NCBI GenBank assembly: GCA_964626935.1
Contig: CAZVIU010000003.1
Coordinates: 1 to 36,290 of the forward strand
Source: an uncultured Gammaproteobacteria bacterium
GTDB lineage: Bacteria > Patescibacteriota > Patescibacteriia > CAZVIU01
Direction: 5' to 3'
Length of the DNA stretch: 36,290 nt
How positions within the stretch are numbered: position 1 is the stretch's first letter; each line of letters begins with the position of its first letter. The notes beneath the pieces are model-generated. The model was not told the origin of the DNA. It was given only the letters and a program-made list of their open reading frames with translations, and made no database searches. Shown here piece after piece: positions 1-8,054 of the stretch. A program made the translations under genes and the position numbers.

Positions 1-1
1 A

Positions 2-3000
2 TCAGCAGCCGGTGCCGGAGTTGGCACAGGTCTGACTGTTTCTTTAGCTCCGGATAATCCAGGAGCTTCAACTTGGGTTGTCGACGCAGCTAATGACACT
101 GCTTCATCACAAGGTTTAGCCACAGCTTTGAAGTTACGTTTTACTGCTTCAGCTGATGGCGCTGTTAAAGTCAAAACCTTGAAGCTCAAGAGAAGCGGTA
201 TTTCTGCTGATTCTGATTTGAAATCGCTTCACTTATACAGTGATGGTGTTCCAACACCGATGACTAGACTCGCCGATTATACTTCAATTGCTTCAGGCGT
301 TGTTACCTTTAATGATGCTAACGGCTTATTCACTGTGGCAGCTGGCAAAAGCTCTGATGTTGCAGTTCGTGTAGACCTTGATCGCAATACCGCAACTGGT
401 AAAACTCTTAGGTTTTCTCTTGAGGCTGCGGCTGATGTCGCCACTGATGGCAGTGCTGTTAGCGGTTCGCTCCCATTAACAAGCGCGACTCATGAAACTG
501 CTGCGGTCAGCGATTTTGCTCGTGTGCAGGTTTCAGGCGAAACTATTCCGGCGTCAGTTGATTCTGGCACCACCAATAAAGAAGCTTTACGCTTTAATTT
601 CCAGGCAACTGGTCAAAAAGTAGAGCTCCGTGGTGTTAATTTCAAAATGGTTGGCACGGCCGGAAACGCTGACATCACCAATCTTAAACTATTTGATGGC
701 GGCACCCAGCTTGGTTCAACCGTTCTCGGGTTAGCTTCAGATGGTACAGCTTGGTTTGATCTTTCGGCCAGCCCATTAGTAGTTAGCGCTGGTGTTACCA
801 AAACTTTAACAATTAATGTTGATGTTGTTGGCGGCGTAAACCGCACCTTTGAAATGACAGTACAGAAAGAAACAGACTGGGTTATTTGGGACACCAATTA
901 TAGCGCTTATGTTTTACCAGATGATTCTAGCGCTATTGGTACTTATACAGTGCTTGAGGGGGCTTCAAATATCTCTATCAATGCTGGTACGCTCACCATG
1001 AGCAAAGCCACTGATTCACCAACTGGCGATGTTACAAGAAGTTCTACCAATATTGAAGTTGCTAGATTTGATTTCAAAGCCAGCGGTGAAGCAGTTAAGA
1101 TTGAAAATGTTTATATGTGGTGTGACGTCTCTGACATTGGCGATACTGGAACCGGCGGTTTGGATAATATGAAACTTTTAGTTGATGGCGTGCAAGTTGG
1201 CACGACCGCCGATTGTACTGAAGAGGATGAAATTAATGTTAATCTTGGTTCAGCCTTCATTATTCCGGGTAATACCACTAAGACGTTATCAGTTAAAGCT
1301 GATACATATACTGTTGCTGCTGGCGCTCATACAGCTGGCGCGGTTGTTACTGTTTCTATTCGTCGAGATGACTCTACTTCTGCTCCGGGTACAGCTCGCG
1401 GTCAAGTATCGTTATCAGCTATTACCATGACTAATGTTACTGGCAATAGTTTGACCTTTAGAACTGGCGCTGTAACATCAGCCAGCAATGTTACACTCGG
1501 CAATTATTCAGCAACAAATCCAACAGGCGTAGCTAACGCCCAAGGCGTTCGTTTGGCCTCGTTTGTTGTCACTGGTGGTCTTGGTGAAGATGCCGATGTG
1601 ACGAGAATCCGATTGCGCGATGGTACAACTAACAGCAATCTAGGTGAAGACTTCCAGAATTTAAGAGTTATCCGCCGTGACACTGGAGCACAGGTTGGTA
1701 CCACTGTTGGCGCCTTAAATACTGGCTCAACAGTTGGTAATTATACCTTTACCCCAGGAACTGCTATTCGCGTTAAAAAATCAGAACAGTTAGTCTTTGA
1801 TGTCTATGCTGATGTTTTATCAACCGTAACTAACTCGGCTACTGTTTATACCGGTCTTGACCTACTGGACGTTAGCGCTACAGGTGTAGTTACTGGCGCT
1901 GCTGCTGATGACACTACAGCCAGACCCCTGCAGCAAATTTATCTAGCCGCTTCTGGAAACTTAACCGTGACTGCTGATGCGTCTACACCAAACGCTGATA
2001 ATCTAGTACTTGCTCAGACTGGAGTAGAATTGGCTCGTTTCAGGTTTGCAGCTGACGCGGCTGAAGCAGCCAATGTTTCGCAGGTTATTACCACCTTCCA
2101 GCACAGGAATCTTGGTGGTGATGTTTCAACCAACTCTGTTACTGGTACTTGGAGAAACCTGAAAGTCTATGAAGCAGAGTCAGGCGCACTTTTGGGCACA
2201 GCCGCAACCCTGTCAACTACGAACAATACAGTGCATCCGTATGCTACTTTTGCCGGACTTTCATGGAATATTCCAAAAGGCGGAGCTAAGACCTTAGTTG
2301 TTAAAGCTGACTTATCACCATTTGATGATGGTGGTGTGGCTAGCTCAACTTGGAGAGTGGAAATTCGTGAGAATTACACATCTAACAATGCTTCCGCCCA
2401 GGCGGACGAATCAGTCGCAGCTCGCGGCGTAGGCAGTGGTTCTGATCTTACTGGTGGCAGTTTAGATATTGGCGCTGATACTGATTCAGATGTTCGTGGT
2501 TCAGTAATGGATGTATTTAAGAGCAAGCTGACCCTAGCTCACGCGTCTGATGCCCCATCAGGAGTACAATCAGCTGGCACAGAGCAGACTGTGGCTAAGT
2601 TTGTGGTTAGTAACACTTCGGCTGGTGGTTACACTGCCATGCTTGAACTTCTGAATCTGACAATTACTGCAGCTGGCGCGTCACTTACCGGAGCTAGCGC
2701 TGATGTAAATGTGTACAAGTCATCAGTGACTACAGCCAACAGGTTATCAACGACTGATGACTGTTCAGTAACACTTGGTTGTCCGGCGGGTGGAAGTTGG
2801 GCTGGAACTGCCGGAGGCAATAAGACTTCAGTTACTGATGCTAACTTTACTGACACACAAATTAGCGCCGGATCAAGTCTTACCCTCATTGTTACCATGG
2901 AGACAAATACAGCCGGCTTTAGCGCCAATGAAACCTTAACGGTTGGTGTTGGTAGTCAAGCTGCGGTTAATTTTCTTAAATGGGATGATGATGCTAATGA

Positions 3001-3067
3001 CGCAACTGGTCGAGACTACACTGTTTCAACCAGCTTGCCGCTCACAGGTAAGACCCTCATCTACTAA
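2..3067 (+). CDS. Giant repetitive Thr/Ser/Ala/Gly-rich cell-surface protein (S-layer/adhesin-like), 5' end outside window
   Basis: The frame is open from nt 2 to TAA 3065-3067, with no stop before the TTG at 128 used by the ORF track. About seven divergent 130-150 aa modules share a pattern: hAxFxFxA, then V..h.h, then NhKLh.G...hGT, then KTLxVKAD. Examples are EALRFNFQATGQKVELRGVNF..NLKLFDGGTQLGST, IEVARFDFKASGEAVKIENVY..NMKLLVDGVQVGTT, VRLASFVVTGG..NLRVIRRDTGAQVGTT, VELARFRFAADAAEA..NLKVYEAESGALLGTA and TVAKFVVSNTSAGG. The composition is beta-rich, low-charge and Cys-poor, and a strong terminator follows. Function is inferred from composition and architecture only. Confidence 0.7.
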   Translation, partial: SAAGAGVGTGLTVSLAPDNPGASTWVVDAANDTASSQGLATALKLRFTASADGAVKVKTLKLKRSGISADSDLKSLHLYSDGVPTPMTRLADYTSIASGVVTFNDANGLFTVAAGKSSDVAVRVDLDRNTATGKTLRFSLEAAADVATDGSAVSGSLPLTSATHETAAVSDFARVQVSGETIPASVDSGTTNKEALRFNFQATGQKVELRGVNFKMVGTAGNADITNLKLFDGGTQLGSTVLGLASDGTAWFDLSASPLVVSAGVTKTLTINVDVVGGVNRTFEMTVQKETDWVIWDTNYSAYVLPDDSSAIGTYTVLEGASNISINAGTLTMSKATDSPTGDVTRSSTNIEVARFDFKASGEAVKIENVYMWCDVSDIGDTGTGGLDNMKLLVDGVQVGTTADCTEEDEINVNLGSAFIIPGNTTKTLSVKADTYTVAAGAHTAGAVVTVSIRRDDSTSAPGTARGQVSLSAITMTNVTGNSLTFRTGAVTSASNVTLGNYSATNPTGVANAQGVRLASFVVTGGLGEDADVTRIRLRDGTTNSNLGEDFQNLRVIRRDTGAQVGTTVGALNTGSTVGNYTFTPGTAIRVKKSEQLVFDVYADVLSTVTNSATVYTGLDLLDVSATGVVTGAAADDTTARPLQQIYLAASGNLTVTADASTPNADNLVLAQTGVELARFRFAADAAEAANVSQVITTFQHRNLGGDVSTNSVTGTWRNLKVYEAESGALLGTAATLSTTNNTVHPYATFAGLSWNIPKGGAKTLVVKADLSPFDDGGVASSTWRVEIRENYTSNNASAQADESVAARGVGSGSDLTGGSLDIGADTDSDVRGSVMDVFKSKLTLAHASDAPSGVQSAGTEQTVAKFVVSNTSAGGYTAMLELLNLTITAAGASLTGASADVNVYKSSVTTANRLSTTDDCSVTLGCPAGGSWAGTAGGNKTSVTDANFTDTQISAGSSLTLIVTMETNTAGFSANETLTVGVGSQAAVNFLKWDDDANDATGRDYTVSTSLPLTGKTLIY

Positions 3068-3135
3068 CCAGTTAGTATGAGGTAGTCTAAAGCAGAGACC
3101 CCACTACTTGCGATAAAGGCAATAGTGCAGTCAAA

Positions 3136-3168
3136 CCCCCCCCGATGTACATCGGGGGGGTTGTTTTT
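3136..3168 (+). terminator. Rho-independent terminator after surface-protein gene
   Basis: CCCCCCCCGAT-GTAC-ATCGGGGGGG is a perfect GC-rich hairpin (3136-3160) followed by TTGTTTTT. Confidence 0.85.
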
Positions 3169-3180
3169 CAGCTGTTTTTA

Positions 3181-3386
3181 GAGCCCGAAGCACCTTGGGC
3201 GCTTCTGGTTTTATTCTTGGGCCCGAAGCACCTTGGGCGCTTCGGGCCCGGCTATAGGCTTATCTTGTTTTGATCAGTTTATCGTGTTAATATCTTTGAG
3301 TCGGTTTGGTTATGAGCCCGAAGCGTCTTGGGCGTTTCGGATTTGGTTATATTTTCGGCCCGAAGCGCCCAAGGCGCTTCGGGCCC
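3181..3386. repeat. Four copies of palindromic REP-like element GCCCGAAGCRC-N4-6-GCGCTTCGGGC
   Basis: Copies lie at 3181-3208, 3219-3249, 3314-3340 and 3357-3386. Full copies read GGGCCCGAAGCACCTTGGGCGCTTCGGGCCC and are followed by a conserved RGCTAYNNGCT tail. Confidence 0.9.
3265..3293 (+). promoter_or_regulatory. Putative sigma70-type promoter for the first Wzy_C-TPR gene
   Basis: TTGTTT (3265-3270), a 17-nt spacer ending in TGT (extended -10), then TAATAT (3288-3293). This is a pattern match only. It would place REP copies 3 and 4 in the 5' UTR. Confidence 0.25.
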
Positions 3387-3392
3387 AGCTAT

Positions 3393-5744
3393 ATGCTAAA
3401 ATTTATTCGTAATCTTTTCTTATTTTCACCACTGATTTTTTTCGCTTACACGCCGTGGACTTTATATCCGGCGATCTTTGGCCGGACGATCATTTTTCAG
3501 ATCATTGTTGAAGTGATATTAGTTATAGTTATACTTGCTAATTTATTTGGGCGATCGTTAACCGGCGGAGAATTAGGAATTAAGCCCCGACGTAAAGCCC
3601 CGATATCTAAGATACAGGCTGCCGATCATAGTATCGGCACCCAAAGCGCTATTAGGAGCGCTTCGGGCTTTGTTTTGGGCCCGAAGCGCCTTGAGCGCTT
3701 CGGGCCCAGCTACTGGCTTCTCGGGATCCCAACCGAAGCGTCGGGAAATTATGAATTATGGGGACGAGCTAAGGAGATATTTTTTTCACCAATTGGGGCG
3801 AGCCTAATAATTTTTACTCTAGTTCAGTTTGTTTCTTATCTCTTTTCAGTTGATCAAGAGGCAAGCTTTTGGGGAAGTATGTCGCGAATGGATGGCATAT
3901 TTAGCTGGCTGCATATGGCAGCGCTTTTCTTTTTATTAGTTGCATTTTTGGATAAATCTGCCTGGTCCAAATTTTTAAAAATTAATGTTGTCATCGCTGG
4001 GGTCCTAAGTATTTTAGCCGTGATTCAGCATTTTTACGACCCTGTTCCTAAATATATAATTCAATCCGGTCGAGTTTATGCCACTTTTGGCAACCCAGTG
4101 TTTTTTGCCCTGTATTTATTGTTCACGATTTTTCTTACATTATATTTTTTATTGGGAGTTGAAACGAAACAAACATTGAGCCCGAAGCGCTATTATGAGC
4201 GCTTCGGGCTCAACAGACGACGCGTTGCGAAATATTTTTTTATCGGAATGCTCGCGATTTTACAAATAGTCGCGCTTTTTTGGACTGGGAGTCAGGGAGC
4301 AATTGGAGGATTTTTGGTTGGGATTTTGGTTCTTAGTTTAATAGGATTAATAAGGCAGTTCACTACCCCAGAGGTGGCGGCCACGCAAAGAATTAAGTTA
4401 GTGAGACTCATGGGAATTATAGGTATCGTCGGACTCATAAGTTTCATGGGTTTTTTCAAATTAGGTTTGGGGCAATTCGTTCGGTTACGCGAGCTTTCTT
4501 CAGTTGAAGGATTAGAAGCCCGAACAACTGTTTGGAAAATGGGTTTACAAGGATTTAAGGAACGGCCGATTTTGGGATTTGGCCCGTCAACTTTTGAATA
4601 CGTTTTTGATAAATATTATAATCCTGAACTTTTGCGGCACTCTTTTTACGAAACCGTTTCTAACAAGCCGCATAATATTTTTGTGGAAACGCTTGATCAT
4701 TTGGGGACTTTGGGATTTTTAAGTTATTTAGGTATATTTACCGCCGCCATCCTTGTTTTGCGAAAAATTAGAAAAATAGATTTTAAATTAGCTGTTATTG
4801 GTTTCGGACTTTTAGTCGCCTATCTTGGGGCCTTGCAATTTTCTTTTGATACAACTAATTCGTGGTATATGTTTGTGGTATTTTTGGCCTATATAACAGC
4901 AAGAGAACAAGAGAACAAGAGAACAAGAGAACAAGAGAACAGCGGGACTCTGTATCAGTCCGGTGGCCAGCCGATGGATACAAGACGGGCATCAAAACAT
5001 AAAAATAAACTTGTTTTCATGTTTTCATGTTTTAATGTTTTAGTGATAGCGGCGGCATTGTGGTTTGGCAACATTGAAGCTTGGGCGGCATCGGTACCCG
5101 GAGCCAGATCAAAAAATAAGTATTGGTTTCAAAAACCAATTAAGTGGGCCAATGAAGTTAGGAAAGCTATTGACGGGCCAAGTCCATATCATGATGAAAT
5201 TCGCGTAATTTTCGCGCAAGACTTGATCAAGTGGGAGGCGGGCGGCAATCTGCCAATGGTTGAGATTCAAGATCAAGTTAGTTTACTTAGGAGCAAGCTA
5301 GAAGAGAGCGCGAGTCAACACCCAAGTAATTTTCAATATCGTTTTACTTCGGCACAAATACAAGGCATTGAGGCAGAGAATTTTGACATGGCTAGATTAG
5401 GTGAAGCCATCAATTCCGCGCGTCAAGCGCGAGACTTATCACCGCGTCGTCAAGCGGCCTATTTAATTTTAGGCAAGCTTTTGCTTCAAAATGGAGATTT
5501 AAGAAGCGCCGAAGAGTTTGCGAATAAAGCGGTTGAGTTATATAAATTTGCCCCAGAATCGCACTGGTTTTTGGGCATAATCAAAAGCGCTGAAGAAAGA
5601 CTAGATGAAGCTGTTGCCGAATTCAGGCTGGCTCGTGAACTTGGCTACGATTTTAAGCCGCAAGAGATAATTTATTGGATGAGTATTAATAAAAAACGTG
5701 ATAGGGCGGAAGAGAATGATGAGCTAAGGTTGCTGCTTCAGTAA
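3393..5744 (+). CDS. O-antigen-ligase-family (Wzy_C) polytopic membrane protein with C-terminal TPR domain, paralog 1 (carries in-frame repeat insertions)
   Basis: The N-terminus MLKFIRNLFLFSPLIFFAYTPWTLYP aligns with paralogs 2-4. Shared motifs are SVDQEASFWGSMSRMDG, GNPVFFALYL, TGSQGA and ILGFGPSTFEYVFDKYYNPELLRHSFYETVSNKPHNIFVETL. The C-terminal TPR-like helices carry LSPRRQ and ESHWFLG. The ORF is open back to 3306 only because two REP copies are stop-free, so ATG 3393 is preferred. Confidence 0.8.
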   Translation: MLKFIRNLFLFSPLIFFAYTPWTLYPAIFGRTIIFQIIVEVILVIVILANLFGRSLTGGELGIKPRRKAPISKIQAADHSIGTQSAIRSASGFVLGPKRLERFGPSYWLLGIPTEASGNYELWGRAKEIFFSPIGASLIIFTLVQFVSYLFSVDQEASFWGSMSRMDGIFSWLHMAALFFLLVAFLDKSAWSKFLKINVVIAGVLSILAVIQHFYDPVPKYIIQSGRVYATFGNPVFFALYLLFTIFLTLYFLLGVETKQTLSPKRYYERFGLNRRRVAKYFFIGMLAILQIVALFWTGSQGAIGGFLVGILVLSLIGLIRQFTTPEVAATQRIKLVRLMGIIGIVGLISFMGFFKLGLGQFVRLRELSSVEGLEARTTVWKMGLQGFKERPILGFGPSTFEYVFDKYYNPELLRHSFYETVSNKPHNIFVETLDHLGTLGFLSYLGIFTAAILVLRKIRKIDFKLAVIGFGLLVAYLGALQFSFDTTNSWYMFVVFLAYITAREQENKRTREQENSGTLYQSGGQPMDTRRASKHKNKLVFMFSCFNVLVIAAALWFGNIEAWAASVPGARSKNKYWFQKPIKWANEVRKAIDGPSPYHDEIRVIFAQDLIKWEAGGNLPMVEIQDQVSLLRSKLEESASQHPSNFQYRFTSAQIQGIEAENFDMARLGEAINSARQARDLSPRRQAAYLILGKLLLQNGDLRSAEEFANKAVELYKFAPESHWFLGIIKSAEERLDEAVAEFRLARELGYDFKPQEIIYWMSINKKRDRAEENDELRLLLQ
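3644..3707. repeat. REP-like palindromes (one partial, one full copy) inside paralog-1 CDS
   Basis: 3644-3669 is AAGCGCTATTAGGAGCGCTTCGGGC (partial). 3677-3707 is GGGCCCGAAGCGCCTTGAGCGCTTCGGGCCC (full). They are translated in-frame as ..SAIRSASGFVLGPKRLERFGPSYW. Confidence 0.9.
4178..4211. repeat. REP-like palindrome inside paralog-1 CDS
   Basis: GAGCCCGAAGCGCTATTATGAGCGCTTCGGGCTC is read in-frame as LSPKRYYERFGL, in a loop that is shorter in paralogs 2-4. Confidence 0.9.
4901..4940 (+). repeat. Perfect octamer array (AAGAGAAC)x5 inside CDS
   Basis: This is a direct read of five exact units, translated REQENKRTREQEN. Confidence 0.95.
5013..5042 (+). repeat. Octamer array GTTTTCAT/GTTTTAAT x3.7 inside CDS
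   Basis: GTTTTCAT GTTTTCAT GTTTTAAT GTTTTA is translated FMFSCFNVL. The same array type occurs at 31392-31424 and, reverse-complemented, at 25549-25580. Confidence 0.9.
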
Positions 5745-5786
5745 AAATAAGCCATGGATTAATTGCGAATTGCAGTTTTCAGATTG

Positions 5787-5828
5787 CAAATTATAAATCT
5801 GAAATTTTAAATCATAAATTTGAAATTA
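5787..5828 (+). repeat. Heptamer array (NAAATYN)x6 abutting start codon of paralog 2
   Basis: CAAATTA TAAATCT GAAATTT TAAATCA TAAATTT GAAATTA ends 3 nt before ATG 5832. Confidence 0.8.
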
Positions 5829-5831
5829 TTT

Positions 5832-8054
5832 ATGTCTTTAGAAAAAGTGTGTTTTAAAATTTTGCGTCTTGGTGTTTATGCGAGCCTGGTCGCGCCTTTT
5901 TTTGTATTTCCGTGGACAATTTATCCGTATCTTTATGCCAAGGCATTATACATTAATATTATTGTAGCTGTAATGCTGCCATTTTACGTAGTTTTATTAA
6001 CCACAAATCCGGATTTTCGACCTAAAAAAAATCCCCCAACTATTGCCGTAATAGCATTTTTTCTTATCTTAATAGTTTCTAGTATTTTTAGTCCTGATCC
6101 GGGGCGGGCTTTTTGGGGAACACAAGAAAGATCAGCCGGACTATTTTTTCTGGCGCATTACTTCTTATTATTTTTAATCGCCAGCTCTATTTTTCGTAAC
6201 GAGGAGAGCTGGAAGAAACTTTTAATATTTTCTCTTTTTATAAGCATACTTGTCGCTGGCGGAACTTGGTGGGATATTGCCATGGAAAAAATCTGGAAGC
6301 CCGGAGCAGGGACAAGAACTGGCGGCACCTTGTCTAACCCTATTTTTTATGCCGCCTATCTCTTATTTCACATCCCCCCATCCCTTTGGTTAAGTTTCTC
6401 GGGTCGTAAAAAGGCGCATAAAATTGCTTGGCTGGCCGTTTTTATTTTTCTTAGTATTTCTTTGTTTTATACGCTTACTCGTGGCGCCCTACTTGGTTAC
6501 TTTGGTATGTTTTTCTTTGGTTTAATTTTAACTGGCTTATGTGTACAGAGATACCGAAAATGGATGTTTTTAGCTTCTAGTTTGATAGTAGTTTTTTTTG
6601 CCTTGATTTTTTTATTACGAACCAACCCGGTAATTTTAAAAAATCCGATATTAGGACGCCTCGCTTCGATTTCGCCCAAAGAAATAACCGCCCTAACCCG
6701 GCTAGAAGCTTGGCAAATTGCTTGGTATGGCTTTAAAGAAAAACCGATTTTAGGCTGGGGGCCGGAAAATTATTACGCTATTTTTAATAAATTTTATAAT
6801 CCAAAACTCTTGCGTTTTTCATATTATGAAACCTGGTCTGATAAACCGCACAGCATTGTTTTTGAAATTTTATCAACAACTGGTTTTTTGGGTCTAGCGG
6901 CTTATCTTGCGATCTATGGGTTGATCCTTGCTCATGGTTTTAAAAAATTGCGTAAAAAAACCATATCGGCAAAATTAACCATTCCGCTTTTAATGATTTT
7001 TGTCGGGTTTTTTATACAAAATCTTTTTGGTATTGATACAGTGAGTACCTACCTGATGTTTTATATCTTATTGGCTTTTGCCGGGTTTATTTTATATCCT
7101 ACAAATACTATAAGTCCCGTGAGTTTTGTAAGATCCGTAAACCCGATAGGAAATGTAAAACGTCCGGTAATTCTTGCCGGTATTGCAACAAGCATTCTTT
7201 CTCTTGTTTCAATCTGGCAATGGAACATCAAACCTGCTTACGCAGGCCATCTTACAGCCAAAGCAACAACCGTGGAGAATTTTGGTGCGGCTACGGATCT
7301 TTGGCAAAAAGCGTTAGATATTAAACATCCGTGGGCTTACGATGCCCAAGTTGAATACTTAAAAGGCATCACGAGAATAGTTCAGCGATCAGCAAATACG
7401 CAGTTTGAAGACTTAAAACCACTTCTCTTGCGCGGCGAGATGGCGGCAGAAGACCTAACAGCCAGTCACAAGCAAAATGCCTATTTTAATTATTTAGCCG
7501 GTAGATTTTATAGTGAATGGGGCAAGTTTGAATTTAAATATTTTGTTGAAGCAGAAAAATTATTTAAAAAATCTATTGAATTGAGCCCGCGTCGTCAGCA
7601 GCTTTTTTATGGTTTGGGTAGAATGTATTTGCTTTCCGGAAGAACTGACCAATCCTTAAAAGTATTTGAAGATTTAGTTAAGCTTGATCCCGGGGTTGAT
7701 GAATCTCACTGGTTTTATGGTTTGGCCCTGCGTCAAGCTGATCGCGGAGTCCAAGCCTACGAAGAGATAAAAGAGGCCATTCGTTTAGGATACAATGCGG
7801 TTGATTCAGGAGAGGTATTAGTTTTAGCCGAAGTAGCCACAAAAGAAAATGACCTCAAGGCGCTTCAAAAAATTTATGAAAACGCGATTGCCATTGATCC
7901 TAAGAATGGTGATTGGCACGCCCGGTTGGCGGCGTTGTATTTAGAATTGGGAAGAAAGGATGAGGCGCGCAAATTAGTTATCAGGGCAGTAGAGTTGGAC
8001 CCGACGCTTAAAGAAGAAGCAACCAAATTTTTGAAATTATTAGAAATTCAGTAG
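5832..8054 (+). CDS. Wzy_C (O-antigen-ligase family) membrane protein with C-terminal TPR domain, paralog 2
   Basis: Motifs are SPDPGRAFWGTQERSAG, TRGALLG and ILGWGPENYYAIFNKFYNPKLLRFSYYETWSDKPHSIVFEIL, with about 10-12 hydrophobic helices. TPR motifs are ELSPRRQQLFYGLGRMYLLSGR and DPKNGDWHARLAALYLELGRKDEARKLVIRAVELDP. ATG 5832 is preferred over the track's TTG 5820. Confidence 0.85.
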   Translation: MSLEKVCFKILRLGVYASLVAPFFVFPWTIYPYLYAKALYINIIVAVMLPFYVVLLTTNPDFRPKKNPPTIAVIAFFLILIVSSIFSPDPGRAFWGTQERSAGLFFLAHYFLLFLIASSIFRNEESWKKLLIFSLFISILVAGGTWWDIAMEKIWKPGAGTRTGGTLSNPIFYAAYLLFHIPPSLWLSFSGRKKAHKIAWLAVFIFLSISLFYTLTRGALLGYFGMFFFGLILTGLCVQRYRKWMFLASSLIVVFFALIFLLRTNPVILKNPILGRLASISPKEITALTRLEAWQIAWYGFKEKPILGWGPENYYAIFNKFYNPKLLRFSYYETWSDKPHSIVFEILSTTGFLGLAAYLAIYGLILAHGFKKLRKKTISAKLTIPLLMIFVGFFIQNLFGIDTVSTYLMFYILLAFAGFILYPTNTISPVSFVRSVNPIGNVKRPVILAGIATSILSLVSIWQWNIKPAYAGHLTAKATTVENFGAATDLWQKALDIKHPWAYDAQVEYLKGITRIVQRSANTQFEDLKPLLLRGEMAAEDLTASHKQNAYFNYLAGRFYSEWGKFEFKYFVEAEKLFKKSIELSPRRQQLFYGLGRMYLLSGRTDQSLKVFEDLVKLDPGVDESHWFYGLALRQADRGVQAYEEIKEAIRLGYNAVDSGEVLVLAEVATKENDLKALQKIYENAIAIDPKNGDWHARLAALYLELGRKDEARKLVIRAVELDPTLKEEATKFLKLLEIQ

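Noticed and set aside
613-2928. Antisense or overlapping ORFs in the track within the surface-protein gene: 613-897, 1182-1430, 1504-1704 and 2629-2928. Analogous ones include 8624-9034, 19690-20289, 29838-30186 and 33650-33889.
   Set aside because: They are shadow ORFs fully contained within longer genes that have clear family motifs. Their compositions are low-complexity or biased and show no recognisable motifs.
3035-3049. LPLTG near the C-terminus of the surface protein, considered as a sortase LPXTG sorting signal.
   Set aside because: Only five residues (KTLIY) follow. There is no hydrophobic anchor or positively charged tail, so it is not a canonical cell-wall sorting signal.
2-3067. 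Diversity-generating retroelement or cassette variation acting on the repetitive surface protein.
   Set aside because: There is no reverse transcriptase and no template/variable repeat pair. The protein modules are divergent at the DNA level, and I could see no long nucleotide repeats.
3306-3392. N-terminal extension MVMSPKRLGRFGFGYIFGPKRPRRFGPSY of the ORF-track call.
   Set aside because: It is encoded entirely by two stop-free REP copies. Paralog alignment starts at MLKFIRNLF (ATG 3393). The extension is most likely 5' UTR.
4901-5042. Short tandem arrays here, and at about 30 other sites, considered as CRISPR arrays.
   Set aside because: The units are 7-8 nt and directly abutting, with no 25-40 nt repeats separated by unique spacers. 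No cas genes or leader are present. These are simple-sequence arrays.
6024-6031. Homopolymer A8 in paralog 2, and T7-T8 tracts in paralogs 2-3, considered as phase-variation tracts.
   Set aside because: Such lengths are expected by chance in DNA that is about 33% GC, and they encode Lys or Phe in membrane-loop contexts. They are much weaker candidates than the 7/8-nt arrays.
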